In this document: piece by piece, positions 62,701 to 64,000 of the stretch
How the letters are laid out: each line of letters opens with the position of its first letter
Numbering within the stretch: position 1 is the first letter of the stretch
Origin: Takakia lepidozioides
Taxonomy: Eukaryota > Plantae > Bryophyta
Reading direction: 5' to 3'
Assembly (NCBI GenBank): GCA_030704615.1
Contig: CM060731.1
Coordinates: 83,266,001 to 83,330,000, forward strand
DNA length: 64,000 bases
The notes under the pieces: generated by a model
What the model was told of the DNA's origin: nothing
Database searches by the model: none
What the model saw: the letters and a program-made list of their open reading frames with translations, nothing else
Translations under genes and position numbers: made by a program

Positions 62701-64000
62701 AGAATGTTGAGCAAATGAAGCTCATTGTCGATATGAAGAATACAATCTGTCGCAATGAAGATACTTTCAAGCAATACAGGCAGATTGAAGCTGATCAAGA
62801 GAAGCACATCGTGGAGTTGCAACAAACCATCATGGCCAATAGAAATGAAATCGCGGTCAATAACAAGGCTTGGAAGGAAGCCAATAATCTACTTGCTGCT
62901 TATGCGCAATTGGTTGAACCTCAGGCGAAGCGCATGGAGGCTTTACAACAGCAGTTGGAATTGTACAAGCTAAGAGAGGAGCAAACTCTCAGGGGAACCA
63001 CAAGCAACTTGGTGGATAACAGCCTTATGCAGGTCTGGTTAGCACAAGGGCCAGTAGAGGGCAAAGCACCACGGAAGCTCACCCAAAGCGAGATGAATGA
63101 GCTCAGGCTGCAGGTGCAGAACATTGCCACAACTACCATAGACAATGTCTATAGTAGGATAGCAGAGTTACAAGAGGATGTAGACGGACTGCAGACTCAA
63201 GTGGAAGACCTCACTTCAAACATCGACCAAAGAGTCTATATCCCTCAGGAACAGCTAATGGCTTCTTATTTACAAGCCAGAACTTTGGCTTTTCAGTCTT
63301 CACAGGAGGGCAGGAGATGCCAATGATACAAGAGCCAGTACCACCACCACCACAACAAGTCACTGTACCAATAGCTGAACCTGTGGTTACTACAACCACA
63401 CCACAGCCACCACAGCCGGAGGTATGGGGCAATGCCGCTTTTAACCCACCTAAAACTCCAGCTGCCAGGGAGTACAGTAGGGCTATGATTATGCCCTTCA
63501 ACCAAATTCCCATCATGTTGGATTTGGCTTGGAAAGAATTTAGTCCTCCGCAGTCATTCGCACATTACTACCAAATCATGCGTATATGGCTGCCAGTGGC
63601 AACTAGGACTAAAGTTCTTCCGAACAATCGACATATTGAAGATCATCACTTTGCACAATACTGGCACGAAGCAGGTACCATGTTGAGGGAATTGATTGCT
63701 TTCCAGGTTGTACATGGACTCATTTATACCAAGACCAAGGAGATAGCAAGTATTGTCATGGGGTGCGGGTTATACTACGCTGCTTGTTTTCTGGTACGTT
63801 ACCACATTGAGCAACAAAAGATGCAAACACGCTTTCTGAGTTATTCCAGTGGAGATCATTGGGTATTACCTTCGGTGCCACCTCATATGTACCTATATGA
63901 CCCAAAAGTTATGATGCAAAAGGATTCTCAAATTCGTTCATGGTTTCAAGCGGCCTGGAACCATTTGTCAACACAGAAATTTGGCATTGATGACATTTTC
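59741..64000 (+). CDS. Post-integrase extension: repeat and basic region, Athila-ORF-like domain, coiled coil, Pro/Thr linker and an unknown aromatic-rich domain; open at the window end
   Basis: ORFs 59632-61161, 61158-61640, 61561-62064 and 62025-63326, plus an unlisted stop-free frame ~63311-64000 (QEMPMIQEPVPPPP...FGIDDIF). Confidence 0.8.
59881..60245 (+). repeat. ~12 x 30-bp in-frame tandem repeat encoding (RDTAYHSPSR)n
   Basis: Unit CGTGACACAGCCTATCACAGCCCATCACGA, decaying towards the 3' end. Confidence 0.95.

Larger units (their letters stand above)
52198..64000 (+). mobile_element. Gypsy copy E, most complete; non-chromovirus (Athila/Phygy-like); extends beyond the window
   Basis: Order LTR-PBS-ORF0-gag-PR-RT-RH-INT-extension; RT motifs KDPFPLPF and SFMDGFSGYNQ; no chromodomain or second RNase H seen. 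Confidence 0.96.

Overview
Eukaryotic, transposon-saturated window, probably from an early-diverging land plant such as a moss (inferred from the TE families; not proven). I found no intact host gene, rRNA, tRNA or CRISPR array. Left to right: (1) a decayed Ty3/Gypsy integrase ending in a PHD finger (1-1284); (2) the 3' end of a restriction-like-endonuclease (RLE) non-LTR element on the minus strand, with a densely structured 3' UTR and a T-rich tail (1988-2634); (3) a chromovirus-type RT/RNase H remnant; (4) a 12.4-kb TIR-bounded non-coding element (3600-15992) carrying a ladder of subterminal palindromes and an 11-copy ~1016-bp macrosatellite; (5) a mosaic of LTR pieces and DNA-transposon-like sequence containing a frameshifted RING-H2 gene; (6) from 23996 to the end, six nested or tandem copies (labelled A-F) of one non-chromovirus Gypsy family, separated by a 500-N gap. 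That family has a ~945-bp LTR with a CACAGCC minisatellite, a tRNA-Arg-like PBS, an extra ORF upstream of gag, and an apparently in-frame extension of more than 1400 aa after integrase. Many frameshifts are single-base indels that differ between copies and may be long-read errors. All family assignments come from reading motifs by eye; no database search was run.
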